Of a stretch of DNA of 64,000 bases, positions 50,729-62,850 are shown piece by piece. Source of the DNA: Camelus dromedarius. Its lineage: Eukaryota. Under the pieces are notes generated by a model, which was not told where the DNA came from, made no database searches, and worked only from the letters and a program-made list of their open reading frames with translations. Made by a program: the position numbers and the translations under genes. The first letter of the stretch is position 1. Each line of letters begins with the position of its first letter. The stretch covers positions 117,926,001-117,990,000 of the forward strand of contig NC_087436.1 of assembly GCF_036321535.1 (NCBI RefSeq), in the 5' to 3' direction.

Positions 50729-51239
50729 CATTATTCAGTGGGCTTGGTGCTAAGTGTTCCCAGGAAAGAGTCCCATACATAAACAAATCGCAGAATTCTG
50801 CCAATTTATTTAAGAAAATCAAAACCCACCAATTTTTTTTTCATATTAAGAAATCTACGTAAATTTGGTATTAAGAGAATTTAGTGTTTTAGAGTGATAG
50901 TCTTTTAGCTCCACTTAAATGTGCAGTTAAATAATCATACTTGTGATTTTAAGTGGAAATAGTGTAAGATTTTGTGTGTATATATAAAAAATTATTAGTT
51001 CATTGTTTTTATAAGTTTGATTTATAAGAATTATTTCAACATTGGGAGAGTTTGTCAGACCATTGAAATACTTAAAAACAAATCAAGTGTAAGCAATTTA
51101 CAAATGTAATTCAAAGTTTTGAAGACGTGGAATTATTTAACTTGGTGAGTAAGACCAAGTATTATTTTTGGATCTCTCATACTTTATTGTTTAAGTTTGC
51201 TGGGCATAAAAATGCCTTGTAAACTCTGGTAGAAGGTGC

Positions 51240-51650
51240 TGGTGGCTTAATGAGATCTGCTTCTCTTCTTCCTTGGTGGGTGTTACCTTTCCCCAGCCCC
51301 TTACAGTTAGTTATGGCCAAATGACTGCGTTCCAGCCAAATGGAACTGAACAGAAGTGATGTGGTTCATTTCCAGTCTTGGCCCATGAAAACCTCTCATG
51401 GGCCTTCATTTCTTTCCCTTCCTATGGCTGGAATGCAGATGACCAAGGCAAATTTGCAAGCCACTGGTTGGACAGTCAAACCTTGGTCAGCCTGGGTCCC
51501 TGAATGACCTCATGGACCATGGGGCACTCCCATCCCCGAGTCCTCACTTGTGCTGTCCCAGCACGGCAAGTCACATAAGCAAACAAATACACTTCTATGG
51601 TGTTGGGCCACTCCATATTGGGACAAAATTTTGCCTAGACATCACTAATA
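51240..51650 (+). mobile_element. Old MaLR LTR
   Basis: ccccttacagttagttatggccaaatgact...cagaagtgatgtg...agcctgggtccctgaatgac...cttctatggtgttgggccact. Confidence 0.65.
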
Positions 51651-52188
51651 TATTTACAGAACATTAAAGAAAAGATTAGGTGTTAGGATATTTACCTTTA
51701 ATAAATGGAAAATAAACTTTGCAAAAAGCAAAATAAACTTTTAAATAGCTTTTTCTCGGCCCAAGGATCTTTCCTTGGAAAGCTTCACATTGATAGCAAC
51801 TTTCAATTGAGGGTTAAAAGTAACAGATCGGTTGGAGAATGTCAAATTTTTCCTTCTTTTCCATTCTCGCTCTCCATTCGCCCATGATAGGACTACCTCC
51901 TGCTACAAAGGAGTCCTCAGATCAAGAATAATGTTGAGTAAAAATTTTAAATAAATGATTTTTTTATTCTTCAAAGTAATATACACTCAAGAAAACTGGA
52001 AAATATAGAAAAGGGAGAAAATAATCACAAAAGGACAATCACTGCTAACACTCCAGTACTTGTTTCTTCAAGCTGATGTTTAATTTTATGTACTTAATAT
52101 CATATTACATATAACAGCATATTTTTATTTGGGGACTTAAGAAGTTTAAGTCTGAAAACAGACTCAGAGGTCAGACAGACCTTGCTTC

Positions 52189-52291
52189 TTCTTCTTCTTC
52201 TTTTTTTTTTTTTGGTGGAGGTAAAGGGGATTGAACCCAGGGCCCCGTGTATGCTAAGTGTGTGCTCTACCACTGAGCTACACCCACCCCC
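52189..52291 (-). mobile_element. tRNA-Ala-derived SINE, short form
   Basis: Minus strand gggggtgggtgtagctcagtggtagagc...gggttcaatcccctttacctccacc plus poly-A/(GAA)n; cttgcttc on both flanks. Confidence 0.9.
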
Positions 52292-52534
52292 GCCTTTAAT
52301 CTTGCTTCGTTGTTGATGGGAGAATTCAGCTTGTCTGCCCCACCATAACCAGGTTTGCTGACGCCTGCAGGAGATTTCACCTGCAGCTCGGACACTCACC
52401 TGGCCGGCTGCAGGAGGATCACTGCCTCATGTGAGTCTTCAGAAGCGAGAGAGAGAAGGAAGCTGCGGAATGGTAGCTTTTAATACGTTGATACACCCCT
52501 TGGCAGAACATGGATAAGTGTAGGTCAGTCTCCC

Positions 52535-52915
52535 TGTAACAAGAAAGTGGGTTCCGTTTTTTGATGTTTGACTGCTGACAGCTTTAAAGCCTCACCCCTC
52601 CCTCTTCCCCTTATCTGGGCAAGCTGATAAGAAAATTGGGGTGTTCTCTCCTTTGGTGATGGCCGGAGATTCAAACCATGCAAATCCCTGCTGAAGGTGG
52701 GGGTGCAAATCCCACCCCCTACCTGCAATACAACCCAGAGCCAGGTTCCTCTCCGACTCTCTCAAGCCTCTTAGGACCTGTTTGAGAGGTTTCCCTGCTC
52801 TCCCTAGAGAAATCAATTATGTGAGTAATACAACTTTTTAGTGTATGTGTGGTGTCATTCTCAACATTTGAACATTTTGGATGGGATCCAATTGCCCCTG
52901 CAGGTGGCCACAACA
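52535..52915 (+). mobile_element. ERV-L-class solo LTR (MER54/MER88/LTR53 group)
   Basis: tgtaac...tttgatgtttgactgctgacagcttt...gcaagctgataagaaa...ttcaaaccatgcaa...caaca. Confidence 0.6.
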
Positions 52916-52949
52916 CACCACCACACCAATCAGAGAAAGCATTTCTATG

Positions 52950-53445
52950 CAAGTATGTTGTGTGTGTGCACCTATGTTATGTTTGTGTGTTCCTGTATGT
53001 ATTACATGTGCACATGTGCACACACATGTGCACATGTGTTGTTTGTATCATACATGTTTTCATGGTATGTTGTTTCTGCCTATATGCCTCATATATGTGT
53101 ATATTAGTCCTGCATGCATGCATGTTCTGCACGTGTATGTATGTTGTGTGTCATGTGTACATCTGTATGTGTGCTTGTGCGTATGTAGGTTATGCATGTG
53201 TATATAGTATTCCTGTGGGTATGCATGTTACATATGTATTTACATGTCTATGTGTTCTGTGTGTGTATATATGTGCTTGTGTGTGTGTTATGCATGTACA
53301 CGTGTGTATGTGTGTGAGTTATATGTTTTGTGTGGGGTTATGTATGTGTTTAGGATGTGTGTTATATGTGTACATATGTGTTTGTGTGTGTTGTGCAAAT
53401 GTATATGTATTGTGCATACACACATGCATGTATGTGTGTATATAC
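52950..53445. repeat. About 500-bp degenerate (TG/TA/CA)n alternating purine-pyrimidine tract
   Basis: Directly visible; source of the Cys/Val/Tyr-rich spurious ORFs. Confidence 0.95.
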
Positions 53446-54800
53446 TTAAGGGCCATGTTCTCTTAGAATAATTTGTTGGAAGGGGAGTTTCTGGGGGAAA
53501 GGGCAGAATCATTTAAGGCTCCTGAGATATATTGCTGGATAGCTTTCCAAAATGCTGAGCCAGTTCGCTGCAGGGGAATCAGACAGTGCGGTGATCATGA
53601 GGACGTGCCTTGAAGACCTCCAGCCACAGGGAGCTTCATGGGCCAAGTGCCTCAGCAGTTGTGCTTGCTCTGAAGTTCATCACCATGTCTGGGTGAAACT
53701 GAACTTTTTTGACAGCTGACTTTGACTTGAAGATTCCTCAGTGGGCTTGTGGAGACTTCTCGAGATGGCACAGCCTACTTACCTGGTTTCTGCCAACCTT
53801 CCTGTGCTCTCTCCATGGCTGGGGCAGACTGCATCCTGTTCGGGCGGCTGCCCCAGCCTTCCTGGCTTCTCTCACAGGTGGCTCCCCAAAAAGATCTTTG
53901 CACATTTGATCCCATTTTGGTGTTTGCTTTTTGGAGGACCAAGTCCAACACAGAGAAAGGAGCAAACAGAGCAGCAGCTCTGGGGTCTGAGACACCAAGG
54001 CCCAGTCCCAGCTCTGCCCCTTACTTGCTGTGTGGACATGAGCAGGTGACATTCCATCTCTGAAGGTGAGTTTCTGCATCTGAAGAACAGGGATTTATGA
54101 TACGCACTTTACAACATTACTGTGAAACCCTGTATGTGAAATGCACAGACAGCCAACTTTCCCTCTCCCAGTTAACAGAACGTTGAGCCTTTTAAAACAT
54201 ATGCAAATGTGCACACGATGACACAGAGGCACCCTGGAGCCCAGGACCCAGTCATAACCTGAGCTGTCCCTTGCGGGCACTTCCTGAAAGGGGGCTTCGG
54301 AACCCCGCCCTCCAGGCAACAACCTTGGGCCAAGTTTAGTGACTCACAGGTGCTCCAGCCAGACTCTGCCCTGGGAGCCACCTCTGTGTGAGTCAGGGAA
54401 CACAGCCTCAGCTCACTGTCTTTGTCTCTGAGCTCGTCACCTGACCTGGGGTGGGGTTTCTAGGAGAGCTTGTTTGGAAGGAAAATCTGCATAGCCACCA
54501 GATTCAGCAAGTTCCTGCAGCCTGAAGGGGCATGACAGAGTTCGCGATATGGAGCTAGGGCAAGGAACAGTCTAGAAGGCTTATTCCAACTCCTCTCAAT
54601 TGTGTGTTGTGTGACCTTTAGCAAGTCGCTCTCTGAGCCTCAATTATTAAATCTGTGTCATGACAAGTATGAGTCACTGCTTATTCTCTGTTGGTCATCT
54701 TGTTTTATGAAGTCCTGGAGTTTTACCTCCCATTTGAGAGAAAGGTCATGGACGAAGACAGCATCTGCTAAGTTTGATTTTCCTCTTCAGAGCTGGTAAA

Positions 54801-55274
54801 TGTGGGGCCAACTGGCGTCCTTCAACTGGCGTCCTACAACCCCCATTCCTGGGCTCTCAGCTATCTGCCTGTGATTCCTCAATAGATAAAGTACACTCTT
54901 TGCTGGGCCTGTTTCCCCTAACAAAGGAATAGCCCTAGAGAATGCCTAATCTCACAATAGCTTAGGCTGGTTCATTTCAGCCCACTTTATCAAAGCCATA
55001 AACCTCACCGCCCCTTTAGGGACCCTAAACCTCTTACCTCACCTACAGCCAATCAGAGATCTGTGCATGCACACAGCCCCATTACATTCACCAACCCCTT
55101 ACCCTTAAAAGACCTCAGCAGCCGCCCCCCGGTGCTCACACAGGCACCTCTCATCTGTGTGGCTTGCTGGTATCTATGACAGTGTAAGCTAACAAACTTC
55201 TTTCCTATTCTCCCCCTTCATCTCTGGTAAATTCTTTTACCACCTGCAACACCGGCCCACCTTGTCCCCCGACA
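54801..55274 (+). mobile_element. Solo LTR, 474 bp, TG...CA, 5-bp TSD
   Basis: TSD gtaaa at 54796-54800 and 55275-55279; termini tgtgggg / cccccgaca; agccaatcag CCAAT box near 55047. Confidence 0.9.
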
Positions 55275-55437
55275 GTAAACGTCTGGGGTAAGAGTACTGC
55301 ACTAATGACCAGAAGGCACCAACATTTACCCAGTAATTGCCATGTGCCAGGAGCCCATTTTCTCTACAATCTTGTGAGGCAGATGCATATGATGTCCCCA
55401 CAGTACAGATGCAGAAACTGAGGCTTAGAGAGGGAAG

Positions 55438-55793
55438 GTAGACTGAATGTTACTGTCTCCCCACAAATTCATGTTGAAACCCCCATCCCCAGGGTGATGG
55501 TATTAGGAGGTGGGGGCCTTTGGGAGACAGTTAGGTCATGAGGGTGGGGCCCCCTGATGGGATTAGTGCCCTTATAAGAAGAGGCAGGAGAGGATGTGCT
55601 CTCTCTCCCCTGTGTGAGGATACAATGAGAAGGCAGCTGTCTGTTAACCAGGAGGAGAGCCCTCATCTGAACCTGATTATACCAGCACTCTGACTCTGAC
55701 TTCTAGCCTCCCAAACTGTGAGAAATAAATGTCTGTTGTTCAAAGCCCCCAGTCTACGGTATTCTGTTACAGCAGCCTGAGCCAAATGAGACA
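55438..55793 (+). mobile_element. MaLR solo LTR (MLT1A-like)
   Basis: gactgaatgtt...aaattcatgttgaaaccc...gtattaggaggtggggcctttggg...gggattagtgcccttataagaagag...gcagcctgagccaaatgagaca. Confidence 0.9.
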
Positions 55794-55889
55794 AGTCCCA
55801 AGTTCATGGCACTTCTTGGTTTTCTTTAGTGGGGTTTCAGGCTTCATGTGGGAGCTAACAGTGGCTGCAACCCAGCCATTAGATGGCTC

Positions 55890-56945
55890 TGTGGGCACTG
55901 CTAAGGGTTCTTTATATATTTTTGGTACTAATCCTTTGTCAGTTATGTGTATTAGAACTATCTTCTCTACGCTGTGTGCATTTTCACTTTCACTAAATAT
56001 CACTCATTCTTGAGTGGCTGCATCAGCTTATTCTCCTGGTGTTGTGTGGAAGTTCCCATCTGCCCACATCACATCAATGTTGGTCGACTGTTTGTCCAGA
56101 AACAGTAATATGATATCATTATTGTTGGACTGTGCACTTTTATGATCCCTAGTGAGAAAGAGCATCTTCTTAGATGTTTATAGACCGTATGGATTTTCTG
56201 TTCTGTAAACTGCTTTCCCATATATTTTGTCCATTTATTTTCTACTATAATGTTTGTCTTTTTCTTACAACCACTGGAGAGAAGTCTGTTTAATCCCTTT
56301 GCCCATTTTTTATATTGGGCTCCTTGTTGGAGAATTTCTTTATACATTTTAGATATCAATCCTTTATAAATATATGATTCACAAATATTTTCTCCTATTC
56401 CATAGGATTCCTCTTCATTCTGTTGATAGTGTCCTTCAATGCACAAAAGTTTTTAATTTTGATGAAGTCCAATTATCTACTTTTTCTATTGTAGCTTATG
56501 CTTTTGGTGAAAGAAACTATTGCCAAATCCAATTCTGAAGATTTCCTATATTTTTGTGTGTGTTTTAACATACCGTGAACAGCACTAAATATATTATATT
56601 TCTTGAAAATATTTGTCTTATTATTTATATTGTAGTCTTTTGTCCAGGAAGCATATATTTTTATGAGAAGAATGAGAAAGAGATCTAATTTAATTTTCAT
56701 TGTTACAAAGCCATTTTTACCAAACATATAAAAAACCATTTTATTGTTGCAAAACCATTTCTGGAATGATACTCTTTCTCTAATGATGTAATGCTAGCTT
56801 TGTACCAACATGTAAGGATGGGGCGTCTACTTCTGGCATTCTCTTTAGTCTCTCCATTAACATATTTCTCATTTCTGGGCTAACACTACACCATTTTCAT
56901 TAACATCGTGTTATAATAAGTTTTGTATCTGGCAGAGTCAGTTTC
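55890..56945 (-). mobile_element. Old L1M ORF2 fragments
   Basis: ORFs 55767..56003 (EKIVLIHITDKGLVPKIYKE) and 56069..56446 (KGLISKMYKEIL..KKWAKGLNR) are ORF2 remnants. Confidence 0.75.
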
Positions 56946-56949
56946 CCTT

Positions 56950-57502
56950 TATACAGAAAAGAATTAACACAGTAGTCTTGAGGCTGGTATCCTAGAAAGA
57001 CCTGCTTGCAAAGTTGGCCCTTGGCTGGCACCTGGGAACTTGGACTTCAGGAGGGTTCCACCCTTCCCATAATTGATAAGACTGTCTCACTGTGCAGAAA
57101 CAATTTGTACAAATCATACAGTTCATATTGACCTGCTTCTCTTCTGGGACTCCGGAATCTTGGTATGTTCCAGGCAGGGGAAGCCTGTGTGACCAGCCCC
57201 CAATAAAAACTTTGGATGCTGAGTCTCAAAAGATCTTCCCTGGTGGACAGCATGTCACATGTGTTGTCACAACTTGCTGCTAGAGAAATTAAGTTCATTC
57301 TGCACGCATCCACTGGAAGCGGGTTGTGGAAGCTTGCTCCTGGTTTCCTCTGGACTTCACCCACTGCCTTTTCCCTTTGCCTATTTTGCCTTGTATCCCT
57401 TCCCTGTAATAAGTCATATCTGTAAGGATGACCGTATACTGAGTCCTGTGTTCTTCCTAGTAAATCCTTGAGGCTAAGGGTGGTCATGGAGACCCCAACA
57501 CA
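56950..57502 (+). mobile_element. ERV-L-class solo LTR (MER68-like)
   Basis: cagaaaagaattaacacag...cctgcttgcaaagttggcccttggctggcacctgggaacttgg...gtgaccagcccccaataaaaac...gagaccccaacaca; ccttt on both flanks. Confidence 0.85.
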
Positions 57503-57679
57503 CCTTTCCTCCTCCCCCTGTTCCTCTCCCTCCTTTTTCTTCAACTTTGTCTTGGTTTTCCTTGGACCTTTATTCATCTTTATGAATCTTATCATCCTTG
57601 AGGATTTAACTGGCATCTCATTTCATTTATAGATAAGCCCGGATGCAGGGGTTGATGTCTATGACTATGCCGAGTATTG

Positions 57680-58117
57680 TGTGTTCATTCCCAGGACTGG
57701 CTTTGCCATCCCAGGCTCTTTCTTATACTCAGGACTGTGAGGCCTGCAAACTACATTTCCTAGACTCCTTTGGCCTCTGGTCCTGTTAGAGTCCACCTGT
57801 GAGCAGCACTGGCATGAACCTGGGTAGAAGGAAAAGCAGCAGTATTTATGCTCCAGAGACCTCAGGTCAGGGGGCATTACAGAGCACAGATGCAGTTTTG
57901 ACTGTAGCTTTGAGCATCATAAACATCACTCACATCAGGGTCACAAGTATCTTTTGCATGATCTCTGAGACCCCAGAATTCTCAAAAGTGCCCTTCCAGA
58001 GCTTTCCTCCCCCAACTTGCCAAAGACAATGGAAACTTCCAGTTCCTGTACTGCACCTCTTCCTGTCTAAAGCACCTGGGGTGGTTCCTGTTGTCCTGAT
58101 CCATCCCTAACTGAGTA
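57680..58117 (+). mobile_element. ERV-L LTR (LTR33-like)
   Basis: ctgcaaactacatttcctagactcctttgg...acctggggtggttcctgttgtcctga. Confidence 0.6.
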
Positions 58118-58224
58118 TAAGGCAACATGGAGTTCTCCTAGAATTTTACACGCTATCACTCTTCATTTACTTCGCTCTTTTTAACATCCTTTAATGAAGT
58201 TTTTTATCATATTCTCCCTAAAGT

Positions 58225-58405
58225 CCCCTGGGAGGATTGGGCTCCCATCGCCCACAGTAGCACCCATGATAACGGACCCTTGCACTAGTTTTTCTTCCTT
58301 GCTTGTCTCATTTCCTATGTTCCCTCATTCCTGCCTCCTGGGATCGTCTTCCAAATAAAGGGCTTCTGTCTGTGTCTCTGCTTGGGGGACACCCCAACAA
58401 AGATG
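58225..58405 (+). mobile_element. LTR16-like 3' fragment
   Basis: cctgcctcctgggatcgtcttccaaataaa...tctctgcttgggggacacccc. Confidence 0.6.
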
Positions 58406-58439
58406 TGCCTTTACTCGGACACCGTAACAACAACAGCCG

Positions 58440-58645
58440 CTGTTTCTTGGGCACTTACCACGTGCCAGGTGTTGAGGCTTTGCTGAACATACACCATCTG
58501 AGTTAATTCTTCCAGAATTCCCAGTATACAGTGCTGCTCTCATTCATTTTACAAACAGGGAAACCAAAGCACAGAGTTGAAACAACTTGCATGAGGTCAG
58601 AAAACGAGGAATTGTTTGAACCCAGACCTCTCTGACTCCAAATCC
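58440..58645 (-). mobile_element. MIR
   Basis: gcacttaccacgtgccagg...cattttacaaacagggaaacc...tttgaacccagacctctctgactccaaa. Confidence 0.8.
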
Positions 58646-60295
58646 TCAAGCTGGTCTCCTCCACCATGATGCCAAAGGCCAGTCTTTCCATTTAATTTGT
58701 TGTGTGACCTCGATGGAGGCGTTTAAAAACCTCTGAAATCGCCAGCTCGATGATCTCAAAGCCTCTTTCCAGCATTGCAGGCTACGGCCCAGTGACTCCA
58801 GGATGCAAACGCCCTCCCCAGCACCCCTTCCCCAGTGGGTTTGCTTGGAGCCGAGGAGATGGTTCCGCCTGTGCTTACACAGCCCTTGCAGATCACCTCC
58901 ACCTTGGCTGCCTGCCCCACAAAGGCTGGAGCCCCAGCCTGGAAACCCACAGTCCAAGCAGAAAGATGGAACGAGCTTGGGAAGAGGACACAAGCTCCTT
59001 GAGTGGGGCCCATGGCACCAGGAGCCTCTTAATCTTCCAGCTCCCACTCAGGATGGCTTTTATGCTCTCTCGCAGGGGGCAGAAGCGCAACGCACATAAA
59101 TTCAGCGCGGCGCAGTATTTATTGCCGTGCGAAGGCTTGGGGTGCTGTTTTATATGTCTCTGTTTGCATGGCTCTCGCATCATATAGGCTAAAATTAATT
59201 CCACGAGACGGGCTGCTTACAGGCAGAGCCAAGAATTTCCTGGGAAGGGCTTCGGTTTGACTTTGGCAGGCGCTGCGCACAGTGATAAAGCCCTTTCAGA
59301 CAGTCTCACAAAGCCAGGGGCATCCAAGGGTATTGTATTCTTTGGCCCCCGAGGGCCATTTCTCCCTTTTCCAGAACGCTGGGTGTGGAGTATGGGCTTG
59401 GAGTCAAGCTGATCACAGATGGGAAACGAACCCTGGCATCTTCCCTCATCCCACTGGATGGTTTGATGGATGAAGCTGGTGAGGACCAAACAGGTCAGCT
59501 AGCACCCATGCCCGGAGCACTGGAGCCCTTGGGCCTGACCCCTTTACCCGTCCCCTTATCCAGACAGCAGACTACTTACTGCTCAAGAGGTGGGTTGAGT
59601 TGGTCCTTTGATTTGCAAAGAATTTCCTTATGCATCATCTCACCAGAGCCTCCCCAGCGCCCTGGAAAGTAGGCAACGTGACGTCATTACACCTCCTTGT
59701 GAACGCAGTCACAGTGATAATGACCAAGCCTACTGGGCATTTACTCTGTAAGCAGCTGCTGTTGGATACAACTTGTACCCATGAACCATTGCTCTGCAGA
59801 ATGAAATGACTAAAGGCAGAGACATCCCCTGAGCCTCTAGTTCATGCCAGCCACCCTCCTCCCCGGAAATTTCACAATCCAGCCATATTGCGAAGTTTGC
59901 AGCTTGCCAAACACATTGTGTTCCTCTTCGTAGCTTTGCGTAGCCTCTTCCGTCTGTCTAGCACTCCCTGGAAAATGCCCATTCATCCCTCAAAACCCAG
60001 CTCAGGAGGTGCTTCCTCCAGCGCGATCCCTTGTACCTGCCAAGATGACGGCATCAACACATTCACCGCCCACGGACTCCGTACAGTGCCGCTGAGCATG
60101 GCCCGCCTCTCCCCTGGAGCCACACGCCTCCCAGCTCTGGGGCCAGGAGGCTGGTTACACCAACTGCTCCCTTGACCCTCTGGCTTCCAGCTGGGTTTGG
60201 CCAGTGGGCAACATCAGCAGGAGATGCGAGGGCAGAAGGAGGGTGCGGGGTGGGCATCCGGCCCCCGGCTCCTTCTCTCTGGTGTATCAACCACT

Positions 60296-60765
60296 CAGAC
60301 TGGGCGACTGCCCCTCCTAGGCTAGCCAGTGCCTGGAGGTGATAAGCAAGTCACTAGTGCGTGCGCTAGTGCACTTTCCAGTTCAAAGCACCAGCCCAGA
60401 ACCCACACCCTCCAGCCACCTCTAGTTCACACACCCTGGACCACTACCCGCCTGTCCTAATCGCCAGCTGCCAGACACCTGGGGATAGCCCCTCTGCCAG
60501 AGCCTGATGTAATGATTCAAAGTAGCCCATCCCAGGCCTGCTCCCCCTGCCTCGCCTGTTCCTTCCCATGAAAGCCACAAGAAAGGCTCCCGCCCAGCTT
60601 CCCCCTTCCCTCTGCCTCCTGACCGACCCTGGTGCTTCCTCGTGAGGCCCGCTGTGGCCTGGTGTGTCCCCTTGTTTTGGGGTCTATGAGTACAGCAAAC
60701 ATCTTTCCTCTCCTGATCTGCTGTTGGCCTCACCGCGCCCACATAATAACACAGTATATATTAAC
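60296..60765 (+). mobile_element. ERV-L-class LTR (MER74/MER73-like)
   Basis: gactgcccctcctaggctagcca...gcctcgcctgttccttcccatgaaagccaca...gcctcctgaccgaccctggtgcttcc. Confidence 0.7.
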
Positions 60766-61966
60766 ACAGCTGCTGTGGGACAGCTGCTTCCCCCTGGTTG
60801 AGCCCCTGCCCCCACCCATGCTCCTCCCTCCAGCCAAGTCCAGTGGCCACACCTCCCTCCCCCTTCAGGCCAAGAAGCAGTAGCAGCTCCCCCTGGTTCT
60901 GCACTGTCCACCCCTTTAGAAGCAGCCTTTGGATGAACGTCTTCTCAGTTACAGAGTCTGAGAGTGTCTGTCCCCTGCCAGGACCCTGTCTGTTACCTGG
61001 GGGACAGACCCGGGAGCAGACAAGATGAACGCTGTCCTCCTGGTCTATCTAACCACCTTGAGAAGCGTCTGAGGGTCATTCCTGCTGCACGGCACCTGGA
61101 CTTGCCTGTCTCCCCACGCGAGCTCCCTGAGCCAGGCCACTGCTCCCCTGTATCTTCGCCGCCACCGCCGGCACCACCCGGTGGGAGACCAGGACAAGAA
61201 CACCAAAGACAAATTCCAGGCCGAGAGGGTGATGACTGGGCGGCTGGCTGAAGGGGAAGTCCCAGATGATGCGCAGTTTCCTAACTTCCCCAGTGGTGGT
61301 GCCAGGCGAGCAGCAGGCTGGGGGAGGGCGAGGTTGTTGTTTGGGGTATTTTAAGATAGAGGGGCTGGTGGTGTTCACATGGCCAGTGGGGCAGGGGGCA
61401 GGGAAGCTATGGTGTGGAGACACCCTCCAGGGACTGTGCAGAGAGAGACCTGAGGAGGCCCAGGGGAGCTGGGCTACATTTGGAAGCAAGAATGAGAGAG
61501 ATCACTGAGGGCAGGGGGAAGGGAGGGCAGGGAGAAGTCACAGGGGTGGGGCCAGAGAGCTAAGGGGCGGGCTCTGACGAGATGCGCTGAGAGGGGCCTT
61601 TGGTTTTGCCAGCTGCGCAGTGCTCCCCCACCTGCCGCTTCGTGGTGAGGCGGGTGGAGGGGGTTCTGCGGTGGATCAGGATGGCAGTGGAGGGTGAGTG
61701 AGACCGAGCTCACCGCACTCAGAGGACAGTCGTGGGTGTGACTGTGTGAGGGAGGAGCTCTGGGACGGGGGAGGCCACCTGGCCCGGGTGGGCGTGGGGC
61801 AAGGAAGAGGTGCAGGAGCAGAGAGCTGAAGGATGAGGCAAAGTCAAATGGACGAAGGGGTGGGAACAGCATTCCTGGCAGAGGGAACAGCATGGCCAGA
61901 GATGGACATGGAGGACGTGTTGCTTGTTTATGTAGCTGAAAAAAGGCCAGTTTAGAGTAAGGTTTG

Positions 61967-61967
<1 letters not shown>

Positions 61968-62009
<42 letters not shown>

Positions 62010-62014
62010 CGCGC
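61968..62014. repeat. (TG)~17(CG)~7 microsatellite
   Basis: Directly visible. Confidence 0.98.
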
Positions 62015-62303
62015 GGGGTGGGGGGTGTAGTTCGGAGTTCTCTTTCTCTTTCTTGCCGGCCCTCGGGGGCAGATGTAGAGGCGATCGTATCCTCACTGCG
62101 GACACCTCAGTTCATCTGGCTGGGGAAACCTTTCTTTCCATCAGTTCCCTTTTGGCCTCATCCCCCACTTCCAGTCCTTCCGTGCGCACGTGTGTGCACG
62201 TGTGTCTGTCTTCTTATTTGGATGTATTCACAAAATGTAGGTTGTAATTTGTACAGATATATTTTAATTTTTTTTTGTAAGATCTACTGGGTCATGTGTC
62301 ACA

Positions 62304-62410
62304 TCTCCCTCCCTCCCTCCGTTTTTCCTCCCTTCCTTCCTTCCTTCCGGCCCTCCCTCCCTCCCTGTCTCTCCCTCTCTCCCTCTCCTCCCTCTCTCCC
62401 TCCCCTCCTC
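62304..62410. repeat. Polypyrimidine (CCCT/CCTT)n tract
   Basis: Directly visible. Confidence 0.95.
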
Positions 62411-62599
62411 ATCCCTGGGTTTTACCGCGTAGTCACCATGAGGTGGTGGGTCCATGACTTCTAATCGCTACGTTATGCTCCAGGGATGTCCAACTTGCAT
62501 TTCGCCCTCTGTCCCCCCGGGGTGGACCCCCAGGGTGCTTCACCTCCCTGTCCTGGGGGGTGATTTGTAGGAAGTCTGATGAAGACAGGAGAGAGACGG

Positions 62600-62850
62600 G
62601 AGACAGGAGCCCGGAGGCTGCGAGATGCGAGGAGCACGCGCGGGGGTCCTGCCTGCGCCTCTGCGCCTGCGTGGCCCTCCGGGAGCGCGCGAGTGGGCGG
62701 GCCGGCCAGCGCTGCAAGTAACCGAGCCGCGGGGGGAGCGGGCAGGGGCAGATGCCGGAGTCTCCCGGACCCCTTCCAGGTTCCCGCCGCAGAGTTATAA
62801 GCAGGAGGAGCCAAGCTGAGCCTGGCCGGTTGCTCTGGCCCGCTGACCAA
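62600..62850. promoter_or_regulatory. CpG island core with GC boxes and TATA-like TTATAA; candidate promoter or enhancer
   Basis: Dense CpG (gcacgcgcgggg, gagcgcgcgagtgggcgggccggcc) in otherwise CpG-poor DNA; ttataa at 62795-62800; not repeat-like. Confidence 0.7.

Noticed and set aside
52841..53512. Cys/Val-rich ORFs up to 205 aa
   Set aside because: Translation of a (TG/TA)n low-complexity tract.
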